Below are positions 27,758 to 37,509 of a DNA stretch of 64,000 nt, in pieces. Made by a program: the position numbers and the translations under genes. The stretch is from an uncultured delta proteobacterium. Lineage in GTDB: Bacteria > Myxococcota_A > Polyangia > Polyangiales > Polyangiaceae. Below the pieces are notes generated by a model. That model did no database searches and was not told where the DNA came from. It saw only the letters and a program-made list of their open reading frames with translations. The DNA is taken from positions 96,001-160,000 of the forward strand of contig CAWDXG010000004.1 in the NCBI GenBank assembly GCA_963806225.1, written 5' to 3'. Within the stretch, counting starts at the first letter, position 1. Each line of letters begins with the position of its first letter.

Positions 27758-29955
27758 ATGCCGGCGCCCTCGCTCAACCGACCGCAACGCGCTGCGGTCC
27801 GGACCCTCTCGGGCCCGCTGCTGGTGCTGGCCGGTGCCGGCACGGGCAAGACGCGCGTCATCACCTATCGCATCGCCGAGCTCATCAAGCACGGCATCAA
27901 GCCGGGCCGCATCCTCGCGGTGACCTTCACGAACAAGGCCGCACGCGAGATGAAGGAGCGCGCGCTCGGGCTACTCGGGCGGAAGCGTCGCGGCAGCCAG
28001 CGCGCCGGAGATCTCCACGTTCCACTCGCTTGTGTGTGCGGGTGCTGAGGCGTCACATCACGCTGCTCGGCTACCCAGCGCAGTTCTCCATCTACGATCG
28101 CGGCGACCAGGAGAGCGTCGCGCGTTCGCGCTGTCCGCGACATCCGCGTCGGCCACGAGAAGCTGCGCCCGGGCGATCTGCTCGCGCAGATCGGCGCTGG
28201 AAGGGCGCAGTCCGTGCGCGCGGAGCAGCGCCATGGAGCTGGCCGAGACCGACAAGCAGCAGCTCGCTGCAATGGCCTACGAGCGCTACCAGGCCGCGCT
28301 GCAAGCGCCGCCGGCGCGGTGGACTTCGACGATCTGCTGCTGTGTACCGAGGAGCTCTTCCGCGAAGCACCCCGAAGCGCGCTTCGCCGAGGCCTCGCGC
28401 TTCGACCACCTGCTGATCGACGAGTACCAGGACACCAACGGCCTGCAGTACCGCATCGTGCGGGCGCTGGCGGAGCGGCATCGCAACATCTGCGTCGTGG
28501 GCGACGACGACCAATCGATCTACGGCTGGCGCGGCGCCGAGGTCACGCACATCCTCGAGCTTCGCGAAGGACTGGCCGGACGCGAAGGTCGTCAAGCTGG
28601 AGGACAACTACCGCTCGCGCGAGCCGATCCTGCAGCTGGCGAACACGCTCATCGCCCACAACAGCACGCGTCACGACAAGAAGCTCCGCGCTTCGCGCGA
28701 GCGGCGGCGACGCCCCCCGTTTCCTGCGCTTCGAGGACGAGACCGCCGAGGCCCAGGCGGTGGTGCAGCGAGATCCGGCAGCGCCTCGACGCCGGCGGCG
28801 AGGACCGCGTTCTGCCCAGCGACATCGCAATCCTGTTCCGCACCAACGAGCAGCCGCGAGCTTTCGAAATGGAGCTCCGGCGCGCGCAGCATTCCGTACG
28901 TGCTGGTCGGCGGCATGTCGTTCTACGACCGCAAGGAAGTGCGCGACCTGCTTGCGTACCTGCGCGTGCTCGTCGAATCCCGCCGACGAGGTGTCGCTGC
29001 TCAGGATCATCAACACCCCGCCTCGGGGCATCGGCACCGGCACCGTGCAGACGCTGCTGTCCGACGCCGTGGCGCAAGGGCGAACCGCTCTGTGGAACGT
29101 GCTGCCCTCGGCGATGCACGACGGCCGGGTCCCGCATGCGGCGGCGTGAGCGCATCGAGCTGTTCCGTCGCATGATCGACGCCTATCGCGCGCGGCTCGG
29201 GCCAGGAGCCGCTGGCCGACGTGGTCTCGGCACCTGCTGCGACACGGTCGACTACCGCTCCGAGCTCGAGCGGCGTGTACAAGAACCCGGCCGACGTCGA
29301 GGCGCGCTGGAACTCGGTGGAAGAGCTGGTCAACGCGGTCGCGCAGTACGCGGCCCGCGCCGATCATCCCGTCCCTGCTCGGCTTCCTCGAAGAGACCGC
29401 GCTTGCGGGCCGCGAGGACATGCGCGACGACAAGACCGACAAGCGGCAGGTGCACGCCGTCACGCTGATGACGCTTGCACAGCGCCAAGGGGCTCGAGTT
29501 CCCGCACGTGTACATGGTGGGAATGGAGGAAGGCCTCCTGCCGCACCAGCGTTCGGTTGCCGACGGCGGACAGCAGATCGCCGAGGAACGGCGCCTGTGC
29601 TACGTGGGCGTGACGCGCGCGCAGGACACGCTCGCTCTCACGCTGTCCAAGGCGCGCATGAAGTGGGGCAAGCTCCGACCGCCATCCCGAGCCGGTTCCT
29701 GATGGAGATGCGGGGCGAGACCGACCGCGCGCAGCGCATCGCGGAGGCGTCCAGCGCCCGGCATCGAAGCAGGACGCGGCCCAGAAGAGCGAAGCCAACG
29801 GCGCCGCAGAAGAAACGGGCTGCGAAAACAGCGCCCAGCCAAGCGAACCGGCGAAAACGCGGAGTGCCGCGAAAGCCGAAAAGGAGTCGGCGACCGCCGC
29901 CGCCGGGCAACGGCGTCGCTCGGACCGACACGAGAGATCGAAAAGGAGTCGACGT
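27758..29955 (+). CDS. uvrD: UvrD/PcrA/Rep superfamily I DNA helicase, many frameshifts; 3' end uncertain
   Basis: [71 protein letters not shown] and SRFL motifs. Confidence 0.9.
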
Positions 29956-30621
29956 ATGTCCACAGCACTTGTTACTGGAGCGAATCGCGGCATCGGGCTC
30001 GAGCTCTGCCGTCAGCTTGCCGCCCGCGGCGACCAGGTGATCGCGGTCTGCCGCAAGCGCGGGGCCGGAGCTCGACAAGCTCGGCGTGCGGGTCGAGCAG
30101 GGGGTCGACGTGGCCGACGCCGACTCGGTCGAAGGCTCTGGCGCGCCGCTGGAAGGCGTGTCGCTGGATCTCCTGGTGAACAACGCCGGGGATGCTCGGC
30201 CACGAGGGGCTCGACCATCTGGACTTCGAGGCCATCCGGCGGCAGTTCGAGGTCAATGCGCTCGGTCCGCTGCGCGTAACCGCCGCGCTGCTTGCCCCTC
30301 TTGTCAAGGGCTCGAAGGTCGCCATCGTGAGCAGCCGCATGGGCTCGATCGCCGACAATTCCTCGGGCGGCAGCTACGGCTACCGCATGTCCAAGGCGGC
30401 GGTGAACGCCGCCGGCCGCTCGCTGGCCAACGACCTTGCGATGCGCGGCATCGCCGTGGTCATCCTCCACCCCGGCTTCGTCCGCACGGCGATGACCGGG
30501 CACAACGGCATGGTCGATCCGCCGGAGTCGCGCGCGAGGCCTTCTGGCCCGTATCGACGAGCTGGGCCTGGAGTCGACGGGCCGCTTCATGCACATGAGC
30601 GGCGAAGAGCTGCCCTGGTGA
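29956..30621 (+). CDS. Short-chain dehydrogenase/reductase, CsgA/C-factor-like subfamily; frameshifts
   Basis: TGANRGIG, NNAG, SSRMGSIADNSSGGSYGYRMSKAA, HPGFVRT and C-terminal GEELPW; RBS AAGGAG. Confidence 0.9.
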
Positions 30622-30649
30622 CCGGGAGAGCGGCGCCTGCGGGCGCCGC

Positions 30650-31729
30650 TCACGCGTCGAACGGGAGCTTTTCCCACTGTCCGCGATCCGCAGGGCCGCG
30701 GCATGCCCAGAGCGCCCGCTCGGCCGGCACGCACACGATGCAGGCGTTGGTGGCCGTTCCCTGATCGTCCTCCGGATAGCGGCAGATGCTGTCGAGGCCG
30801 TCAGCGCGGTCCGAGAACAGCGCGCGGATGCTGTCGACGCTCTGGCCCCGAGCGCCGAGCAGCGTGCGCATGCGTGACAGGCGGCGGAAGCTCGACGAGT
30901 TAGGCTCTTCACCCTGCTCGGAGACCAAGTGCTCGTCCAGGCAATGGTTCGTCCGCGCCAGAGCCTCGCCATCGAGGCTGCGCGCGACGCAGCGGTCGGC
31001 GCTGCATTCGTATTCCACCGCGCCGTCAGCGTCGGCGAGCCAGTAGGTGTGTGCAGCGGCTCGAGGCGCGCTCTCGATGATGCCCGCCGCCAAAGCCCGC
31101 GTGGTCGCCCGGATGGCGCGGTGCTGTATGGCCAGATAGCCGACGCCAACGCGCGAGCCACGGGTCTTTATGTTGGTGGTCCCGAGCGAAACGCCGTGGG
31201 CGTTCATGCCGATGAGCGACAGGCAGCCGACGCAGGTCACGCTCCACGTCTCGGGTCCTTCACTCGGCCGTCGGTGGACCGCGACCACGTACTCGAGATC
31301 GGTCGGGTTCAGATCCCAGGTCTGCGCTGCGATGAGCTGGCCGCTCGCCGTGCAATCGGCCGGCACCAGCAGCGCCGAGCAGCCCTCCGCATCGGCAGCC
31401 GGTGCCGGCAGCAGGACCACGTCGCGCACATCGGTCATGTTTCCTACGCTGTACAGCTCGGCCGCGTCCATCCCGGCGGCTTCCGCGATACCGCAGTGCT
31501 CCTCGTAGCCCTCCGCATCCCAGCGGGCGTACACGTCCAGACAGCGCCGGCCGACGTCGAAGAAGCGTTCCACGTCGCCGCTGCCGCGCTCGGCGAGGTA
31601 TTCGCGCAGCCGCTCGACCCGCTGCGTGGCGAAGGCCCGGATCGGCTTCCGGAGCTGTTCGCCCTGGGCGCGTCCGAGCTCGCGAGGCGGGCCGGAACAG
31701 TGGATGCGTCGGAGCTCGAGCAGGGTCAC
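30650..31729 (-). CDS. C45 family autoproteolytic acyltransferase/hydrolase (Ntn hydrolase)
   Basis: G.PRELGRAQG, EG-CS cleavage site, AQTWD, GMNAHGV and RTNH motifs. Confidence 0.85.
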   Translation of the reverse strand: MTLLELRRIHCSGPPRELGRAQGEQLRKPIRAFATQRVERLREYLAERGSGDVERFFDVGRRCLDVYARWDAEGYEEHCGIAEAAGMDAAELYSVGNMTDVRDVVLLPAPAADAEGCSALLVPADCTASGQLIAAQTWDLNPTDLEYVVAVHRRPSEGPETWSVTCVGCLSLIGMNAHGVSLGTTNIKTRGSRVGVGYLAIQHRAIRATTRALAAGIIESAPRAAAHTYWLADADGAVEYECSADRCVARSLDGEALARTNHCLDEHLVSEQGEEPNSSSFRRLSRMRTLLGARGQSVDSIRALFSDRADGLDSICRYPEDDQGTATNACIVCVPAERALWACRGPADRGQWEKLPFDA

Positions 31730-31866
31730 GGCCCGCGAAGCTACATCACCGGGACGGATTGTCGAATTCGCGCGGGCTCTTCCGCCGGCCGGGGAGGAAG
31801 GACGGCACCTACATCGGCGTACCAGGGGACAACAGCGCGGGCCGGGTGCCCGCCGCGAGGGGCCCC

Positions 31867-33375
31867 GTGAATCGACCGAATCCGCCTTCATCCTCCCGGA
31901 AGCCGCAAAGCTCGTCGCCCTACTCCAGGCCGCGACCTACCAGCCATGCACCGGCCGAGGACGCAGCTCGCCCGGGCAGCGCGCGGAAGACGGAGCCGCC
32001 GACGGCCGTTCGGCCTGAGCCGATTGTGCCGGTGGAGGAGCCCGACGAGGACGCGCCCACGGAGGTCCGTCCCGGCCTCGCCGCCGAGCCGCCGCCTCCT
32101 CCCTTCGCCTCGCCGGTCCTGCCGCCACTGCGGCCACCGCCGGCGCCCCGCCGGTTCGAGTCCGTGGCTCCGACGGCGTTGCCCGCGCGAGCCGCCCCGA
32201 AACGTTCCGTCGCCAGGGCAGTTGTCGCCACGCTCGGTCTGGTAGCAGGCGTGGGCGTCGGAGGCGCGGCGGGGATCGTTGCGCTCTGGCACCACGCGCA
32301 CCAGACGGCTGCGCCACCCGATGTCGCCTCGGCAGCTGCCTCGCCCCCCGCCTCCGCTGCTGCTCCCGCTCCCGAGCCGGTGGCGTGTCGTCTCTCCCAC
32401 CGGGCCGTGGAGCTGCGTCCGGCGGTCCGCGCACAGGTCCCGCTCTACGCCGCCGCGGTGCCGGGTTCGTCGCGCATCGCGCTCGGCTACGCCGACTCGC
32501 TGTACGACGCCGTCGGGCTCGACATCGACCCCCACACGCTGCACGCACGGGTGTCCCTGTCGCGGATGGGGGTCACACCGGTGGACGGCATCGTGCCGCT
32601 CGCCGGCGGCGACGCGCTGCGCTTCGCAATCGATCGCAACGACGCTGGGCTCTCGTCGGCCCACACCATCGCCGCCACGATCCCCTTCCGCATCGGCTAC
32701 GCGGACGGCTCGCTCTCACGGCTTGCGCCGGGCGAGTCCCCTCACCCCGTCTGGACCGGACTTGCTCGCGGCAAGCAGCCGACGGGCCTGCGCGCCGCCT
32801 CGGTCGCGGGGGTCGGCCACGCCATCACCTTCCGTCTCGGTAGCGACCGCGGGCAGGTCATGGTGGGCTGGTTGGACTCCGACGGCGCCGGGAAGAGTGC
32901 CCTCAGGGCGATCGACATCAGCGCCGCAGCAGTCGGGACGCCGTCCATCGCCGCCAGCGGCGACAGGATCGCGGTCGCGGTGGCCGCCCGCGCGGACGAG
33001 CTGTCGCCGTGGGGTATCCGTATCGCGACGGCGGACGCCGGCAAGCTGCCCGTCGCTGCCCACTACTTCGCCGTACCGAAGGGCGGCCCGGGACACGACG
33101 CGTTCGCGCCCACGCTGACGGGGCTCACGGAGGGACGCTGGCTACTCCAGTGGACCGAGGGAACGCGGCGCGCTCACGTTGTCCGTGCGCAGACCCTGGA
33201 CTCGAATCTTTCCCCGCTCGGGGCTGCCGTCACGCTCTCGCCGCGGGGCGCGGACGCCGGTCAAGGTGTGGTCCAGGCAAGCGGTGGACAGGCAGCCGGC
33301 TTCTATCTCGTCAAGGCCCGCCACGGCTACCAGCTGTGGGCCACGTCGCTCGACTGCCGCGCGCCCGGCCGCTAG
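31867..33375 (+). CDS. Hypothetical membrane-anchored protein: Pro-rich N-terminus, one TM segment, beta-rich C-terminal domain
   Basis: Long ORF with GC3 bias; TM segment VVATLGLVAGVGVGGAAGIVALW. Start is approximate. Confidence 0.65.
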   Translation: MNRPNPPSSSRKPQSSSPYSRPRPTSHAPAEDAARPGSARKTEPPTAVRPEPIVPVEEPDEDAPTEVRPGLAAEPPPPPFASPVLPPLRPPPAPRRFESVAPTALPARAAPKRSVARAVVATLGLVAGVGVGGAAGIVALWHHAHQTAAPPDVASAAASPPASAAAPAPEPVACRLSHRAVELRPAVRAQVPLYAAAVPGSSRIALGYADSLYDAVGLDIDPHTLHARVSLSRMGVTPVDGIVPLAGGDALRFAIDRNDAGLSSAHTIAATIPFRIGYADGSLSRLAPGESPHPVWTGLARGKQPTGLRAASVAGVGHAITFRLGSDRGQVMVGWLDSDGAGKSALRAIDISAAAVGTPSIAASGDRIAVAVAARADELSPWGIRIATADAGKLPVAAHYFAVPKGGPGHDAFAPTLTGLTEGRWLLQWTEGTRRAHVVRAQTLDSNLSPLGAAVTLSPRGADAGQGVVQASGGQAAGFYLVKARHGYQLWATSLDCRAPGR

Positions 33376-33395
33376 CTCGGCGGCACCACCGGTGA

Positions 33396-34388
33396 CTAGA
33401 ACAGGCCGAAACGGTGCGCGGCCACATCGGCGACGATGCCGAGCACGTACAGCATGCCGAAACGGCGCATATGCAGGAAGGCGAAGGCCACGAACCACAG
33501 CGGCCAGACGTTGGGGGGCAGTTCCTTCGGCGGCTTGTCCGGACGCGGTCGCGAGTACGCGCGCAGCACCAGCCACAGGGTCGGCAGCGCGATGAACACG
33601 ACCAGCAGCAGCGGCGAGAAGTAGCGCGCCCAGACCAGGTAGAGCACCAGCGCGTACTGCGAGAGCAGCATCGCCAGCGTCACGTAGCGCGACACACGCT
33701 CGCCGAGCAGCACCGGCAGGGTACGGATCTTCTTGCCGGAGTCGGCCTCGAGCTTGTCGATATGCTTGCCGAACAGCACGGCCGTGGAGCCGAGAGCGAA
33801 CGGCAGGCTGGCGATGGCCACGTTCCAGTCGAAACGCCCGGTGACGACGTAGTAGCCGCCGCCCACCATCAGCGGGCCCCACACCAGGAGCACAGCCGGC
33901 TCGCCCAAGCCGATGTATTTCAGCGGCCAGGTGTAGAAGAGCACGAAGAACGCTCCCACGCCCAGAAGCGTCAGCGTGATCGTTCCCCTCGCCCACACCA
34001 GATACGCGCCCGCCGACAACGCGACCGCGCCCGAGAAAACCGCGTAGCGGATGAGCTGGGCCGGAGTCATCAGCCCGTGCTCGAGCGGCTGTGGCCCGTA
34101 TTGCGTACGGAAGTAGTTGCCCTGGTCGACGCCCTTCTTGTGGTCGGTGTAGTCGTTCAACAGGTTGTTCGTGGCATGGGCGAAGACCAGCCCGATCGTC
34201 ACCAGCGCCCACAGTAGCGGGTGGAACATCCGGTCGCGCAGCGCGAGTAGCCCGGCGATGCCCGAGGCGATGACGGTCATCACGATCACCGCCGAACGGG
34301 TGGCGATCAACCAGCGGCTGACGACGTCGAGATCGTCCCACTCGTCTTTGCTGACACGTGGAATCACGCTCAGCGCCCGACCCCACAT
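33396..34388 (-). CDS. UbiA superfamily prenyltransferase, MenA-like
   Basis: NLLNDYTDHKKGVD, YTWPLKYIGLGE and HIDKLEADSGKKIRTLPVLLG motifs; multiple TM segments. Confidence 0.88.
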   Translation of the reverse strand: MWGRALSVIPRVSKDEWDDLDVVSRWLIATRSAVIVMTVIASGIAGLLALRDRMFHPLLWALVTIGLVFAHATNNLLNDYTDHKKGVDQGNYFRTQYGPQPLEHGLMTPAQLIRYAVFSGAVALSAGAYLVWARGTITLTLLGVGAFFVLFYTWPLKYIGLGEPAVLLVWGPLMVGGGYYVVTGRFDWNVAIASLPFALGSTAVLFGKHIDKLEADSGKKIRTLPVLLGERVSRYVTLAMLLSQYALVLYLVWARYFSPLLLVVFIALPTLWLVLRAYSRPRPDKPPKELPPNVWPLWFVAFAFLHMRRFGMLYVLGIVADVAAHRFGLF

Positions 34389-34562
34389 TGCGACGTTCAC
34401 TCTCACCTGTCCTGGCAGCGGCTCACACCCCCGACCGCGCGCCAGGATAGTCGCGGCGCCGGGCATCGCAAGAGCGCCGCGTTGCCTACATCAGAGGATG
34501 TTGCCGTACATGCCGGGCGCGGCGTTCTGGTGGGTACACCCGCTGCATGGTTTAATGAGACT

Positions 34563-35990
34563 GTGAGAATTCTTCACTTGGCTATCGCGGCGGCCACGGT
34601 CGCGGCTGTTCCACTCTTCAGCGCGTGCAGCGTTTCGAGCTCCGCGACCGGCGGAATCGGCGCCGCCGGCTCCTCCGGCAGCTCGAGCGGCGGCGCCGGA
34701 GGCCTCTTTGGGGGCACGGGCGGTAGTGCTGGCTCCACCCAGATCAATCTCGACGCCGGTACCTCCGGGGGCAGCGGCGGACTGACCGAGGCGGGCACCT
34801 GCGCGGGCGACATCCAGAAGGGCGAGCTCATCCCGCTCGACATGTACGTGATGCTCGACACCTCCGGGTCGATGGTCGACAAGACGGCGGCCGGCACAAC
34901 CAAGTGGGACGCGGTCAAGCAGGCCTTCACCGCGTTCTTGAAGGATCCGCAGTCCGACGGTCTCGGCGTCGGTATCCAGTACTTTCCGCTGACCCAGGCG
35001 GGCGTTCCCACCTCATGCACCAGCGACGCGCAGTGCGGCATCGGTGCGCCGTGCCTGCTGAAGTCCTGCACCGGCGTCGGGCAGATCGCCCCCTGCAGCA
35101 AGAATCCCGACTGCCCGGTCTTGAGCCAGTGCGCGCCGCTCGGACAGTGCTCGGGCAATCCGGCCTACTTCTGCCAGCCGGTGGGCAGCACCTGCAGCGG
35201 CGGCCTCGGGTCCTGCGTGCAGATCAGTTCCAGCATCTGCGTCAACAGCACGAGTTGCCTCGTGGGTGACTACTCGAAGCCGGCTGTGCCCATCGCGGCG
35301 CTGCCCGGCGCGTCGGCAGCCATCATCAGCTCCATCAACGCGCAGACGCCCAACGGCAACACGCCCACCGGACCAGCCCTGCAGGGCGCCATCGACCAGG
35401 CGAAGAGCTGGGCCAAAAGCCATCCGACGCACACCGTGATCACGGTGCTGGCCACGGACGGGCTGCCGACCGACTGCAACCCGACCGCGATCAACCAGGT
35501 CGCGGCGCTGGCCGCGCAGGGGGCGAGCGGGACGCCGTCGGTCGACACCTTCGTGATCGGCGTGTTCGGCCCGAACGACACGGCGAGCCAGACCAACCTG
35601 GACACGATCGCGAAGAGCGGTGGAACGCAGCAAGCGCTGATCGTCGATACCAGCAAGAACGTCACGCAGCAGTTCATCGACGCTCTGAACAAGATCCGCG
35701 GCCAGGCGCTGTCCTGCGATTTCGAGATCCCTGCCCCTCCCGACGGCGGCACGCTCGACTACAACAAGATCAATATCGACTACACCGACAGTTCCGGCAC
35801 GACGCACCACCTGTACCAGGTGAAGGACAAGTCGCAGTGTGATCCGCAGAAGGGCGGCTGGTACTACGACGATCCGAACGCGCCGACGAAGATCATCGTG
35901 TGCGACAGTACCTGCAACACGTTCAAACAGGACGGCGGGCAGGTCCAAACGAGCGTCGGTTGCCAGACGATCGTCAAGCCGCCGCAGTGA
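34563..35990 (+). CDS. VWA domain lipoprotein with a Cys-rich insertion
   Basis: Lipobox FSAC, Gly/Ser linker, MIDAS DTSGSM...TPT...LATDG and a C-terminal GGWYYD domain. Confidence 0.85.
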   Translation: MRILHLAIAAATVAAVPLFSACSVSSSATGGIGAAGSSGSSSGGAGGLFGGTGGSAGSTQINLDAGTSGGSGGLTEAGTCAGDIQKGELIPLDMYVMLDTSGSMVDKTAAGTTKWDAVKQAFTAFLKDPQSDGLGVGIQYFPLTQAGVPTSCTSDAQCGIGAPCLLKSCTGVGQIAPCSKNPDCPVLSQCAPLGQCSGNPAYFCQPVGSTCSGGLGSCVQISSSICVNSTSCLVGDYSKPAVPIAALPGASAAIISSINAQTPNGNTPTGPALQGAIDQAKSWAKSHPTHTVITVLATDGLPTDCNPTAINQVAALAAQGASGTPSVDTFVIGVFGPNDTASQTNLDTIAKSGGTQQALIVDTSKNVTQQFIDALNKIRGQALSCDFEIPAPPDGGTLDYNKINIDYTDSSGTTHHLYQVKDKSQCDPQKGGWYYDDPNAPTKIIVCDSTCNTFKQDGGQVQTSVGCQTIVKPPQ

Positions 35991-36000
35991 GCAACGGTAC

Positions 36001-37500
36001 TCAGTCGTCGCTCTGGCCGACGGCCACGGCGGTGTCCGGTTGCGGCGCTGCCGGTGCGAACAGCGGTTCCGCTGCGTTCTGCGCTTCGGTCAAGAGCGGT
36101 CCGGGATAGGCGCCCACTCCGACCACGCCGATCAAGCACAGGAGCACGCCGAGCCCTAGCGCGCGTCCCGGGCGGATCGCTCCGGCGTCCTCCTCGGGCT
36201 GACGCATGTACATCGCCCGGGCCACCTGCATGTAATAGAAGAGGCTGACGACAGCCATCACCGCGCCGATCACGACCAGTGCCCTGAGCCCCACCTGCCA
36301 CGCTGCGACGAACACGTAGAGCTTCGCCCAGAATCCGACCACGAACGGGATCCCGGCTAGCGACAGCAGGAAGAGCAGCATCGCCAGGGCGAGTATCGGC
36401 GAGCGCTTGTAGAGCCCCGCCATGCTCGCGATCGAGTCGTCGCCACCGTCTGCGCCGACCGCTTCCACAACCAGGAAGGCGCCGGTGTTCGTCAGTGCGT
36501 AGGCCGCTGCGTAGAACAGCAGCATGCTCGCGCCGTCTGGTCCGGTCACGGCAAACGCCATCAGCATGTAGCCGATATGGCCGATGCCCGAGTACGCCAG
36601 GAGGCGTTTCACGTTCGTCTGCGCCAGCGCGAGCAGGTTACCGCCCAGGATGCTGACCAGCGACAGGGCCACGACCACGGGGCGCCAGGCCTGCACCTGG
36701 TGTCCGAAACCGAGCAGGAACACGCTGGCCAGGGCCGTGAAGCCCGCCAGCTTGGGCGCGACGCTCAGGAAGGCGACGAACGGCGTCCCGGAGCCCTGGT
36801 AGGTGTCCGGCACCCACATGTGGAACGGAACGGTGCCGATCTTGAAGCCCATCCCCGCCAGGACCAGCAAGAGCGCCATGCCGAGTAGGGGCGAAGGCGC
36901 GGTGTGCCCGAGCTTCGCGATGCTGGTCGTGCCCGACAGGCCGAACACCAGCGACAGACCGAACAGCGTGATTGCGGTGCTCACCACACCGACCAGATAG
37001 AGCTTGAGGGCCGCTTCCGGCGCGTTGACCTCCCCGCCTTCGTGCGCCTCCGTCTTGGCGAACGCCGAGAGCACGTAGAGCGGAATGCCCATCAGCTCGA
37101 AGCACACCACCAGAAGCAACAGATCGCGCACCCCGGGCAGAAGCAGCATACCGAGCAGGCTCGACATGAGCAGGATGTAGTACTCCGCCTGCCGGTGGGC
37201 ATGGTGCCGCGCGACGTGCTCGACGCTGCCCAGCACCGACACCAGGCCCGTGACCAGGAACACCCGGTCGAAGAATACGGTCCAGCCGCCGCCCTGGAAG
37301 CTGCCGGCGAACACGAGCCCGTCCGTGCGGACGAAGAACGACGCGATCAGGATGCCCGCGAGCGACACGGCGGTCAGATAGCCCGCTTCACGTCCGGCTC
37401 CGGACGGGCGCACGAGGTCGAGCAGGAACACCCACAGGATCGCCCCGACCAGCATCAGGTCGAGCGAAAGCGGCGCGAGGTCAGCGAGCGAGGGATTCAT
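36001..37500 (-). CDS. nuoN: NADH-quinone oxidoreductase subunit N
   Basis: EAALKLY, GFKIGTVPFHMWVPDTYQG, KRLLAYSGIGH and SLAGIP motifs. Confidence 0.93.
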   Translation of the reverse strand: MNPSLADLAPLSLDLMLVGAILWVFLLDLVRPSGAGREAGYLTAVSLAGILIASFFVRTDGLVFAGSFQGGGWTVFFDRVFLVTGLVSVLGSVEHVARHHAHRQAEYYILLMSSLLGMLLLPGVRDLLLLVVCFELMGIPLYVLSAFAKTEAHEGGEVNAPEAALKLYLVGVVSTAITLFGLSLVFGLSGTTSIAKLGHTAPSPLLGMALLLVLAGMGFKIGTVPFHMWVPDTYQGSGTPFVAFLSVAPKLAGFTALASVFLLGFGHQVQAWRPVVVALSLVSILGGNLLALAQTNVKRLLAYSGIGHIGYMLMAFAVTGPDGASMLLFYAAAYALTNTGAFLVVEAVGADGGDDSIASMAGLYKRSPILALAMLLFLLSLAGIPFVVGFWAKLYVFVAAWQVGLRALVVIGAVMAVVSLFYYMQVARAMYMRQPEEDAGAIRPGRALGLGVLLCLIGVVGVGAYPGPLLTEAQNAAEPLFAPAAPQPDTAVAVGQSDD

Positions 37501-37509
37501 GATGGCCGC

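Noticed and set aside
27758..29955. uvrD and other frameshifted genes as true pseudogenes or programmed frameshifts
   Set aside because: All motifs are intact, there are several scattered indels per gene and no consistent slippery sites; this fits sequencing error.
29956..30621. Naming the SDR as the csgA C-signal gene
   Set aside because: The CsgA-like subfamily is widespread and orthology cannot be shown from the sequence alone.
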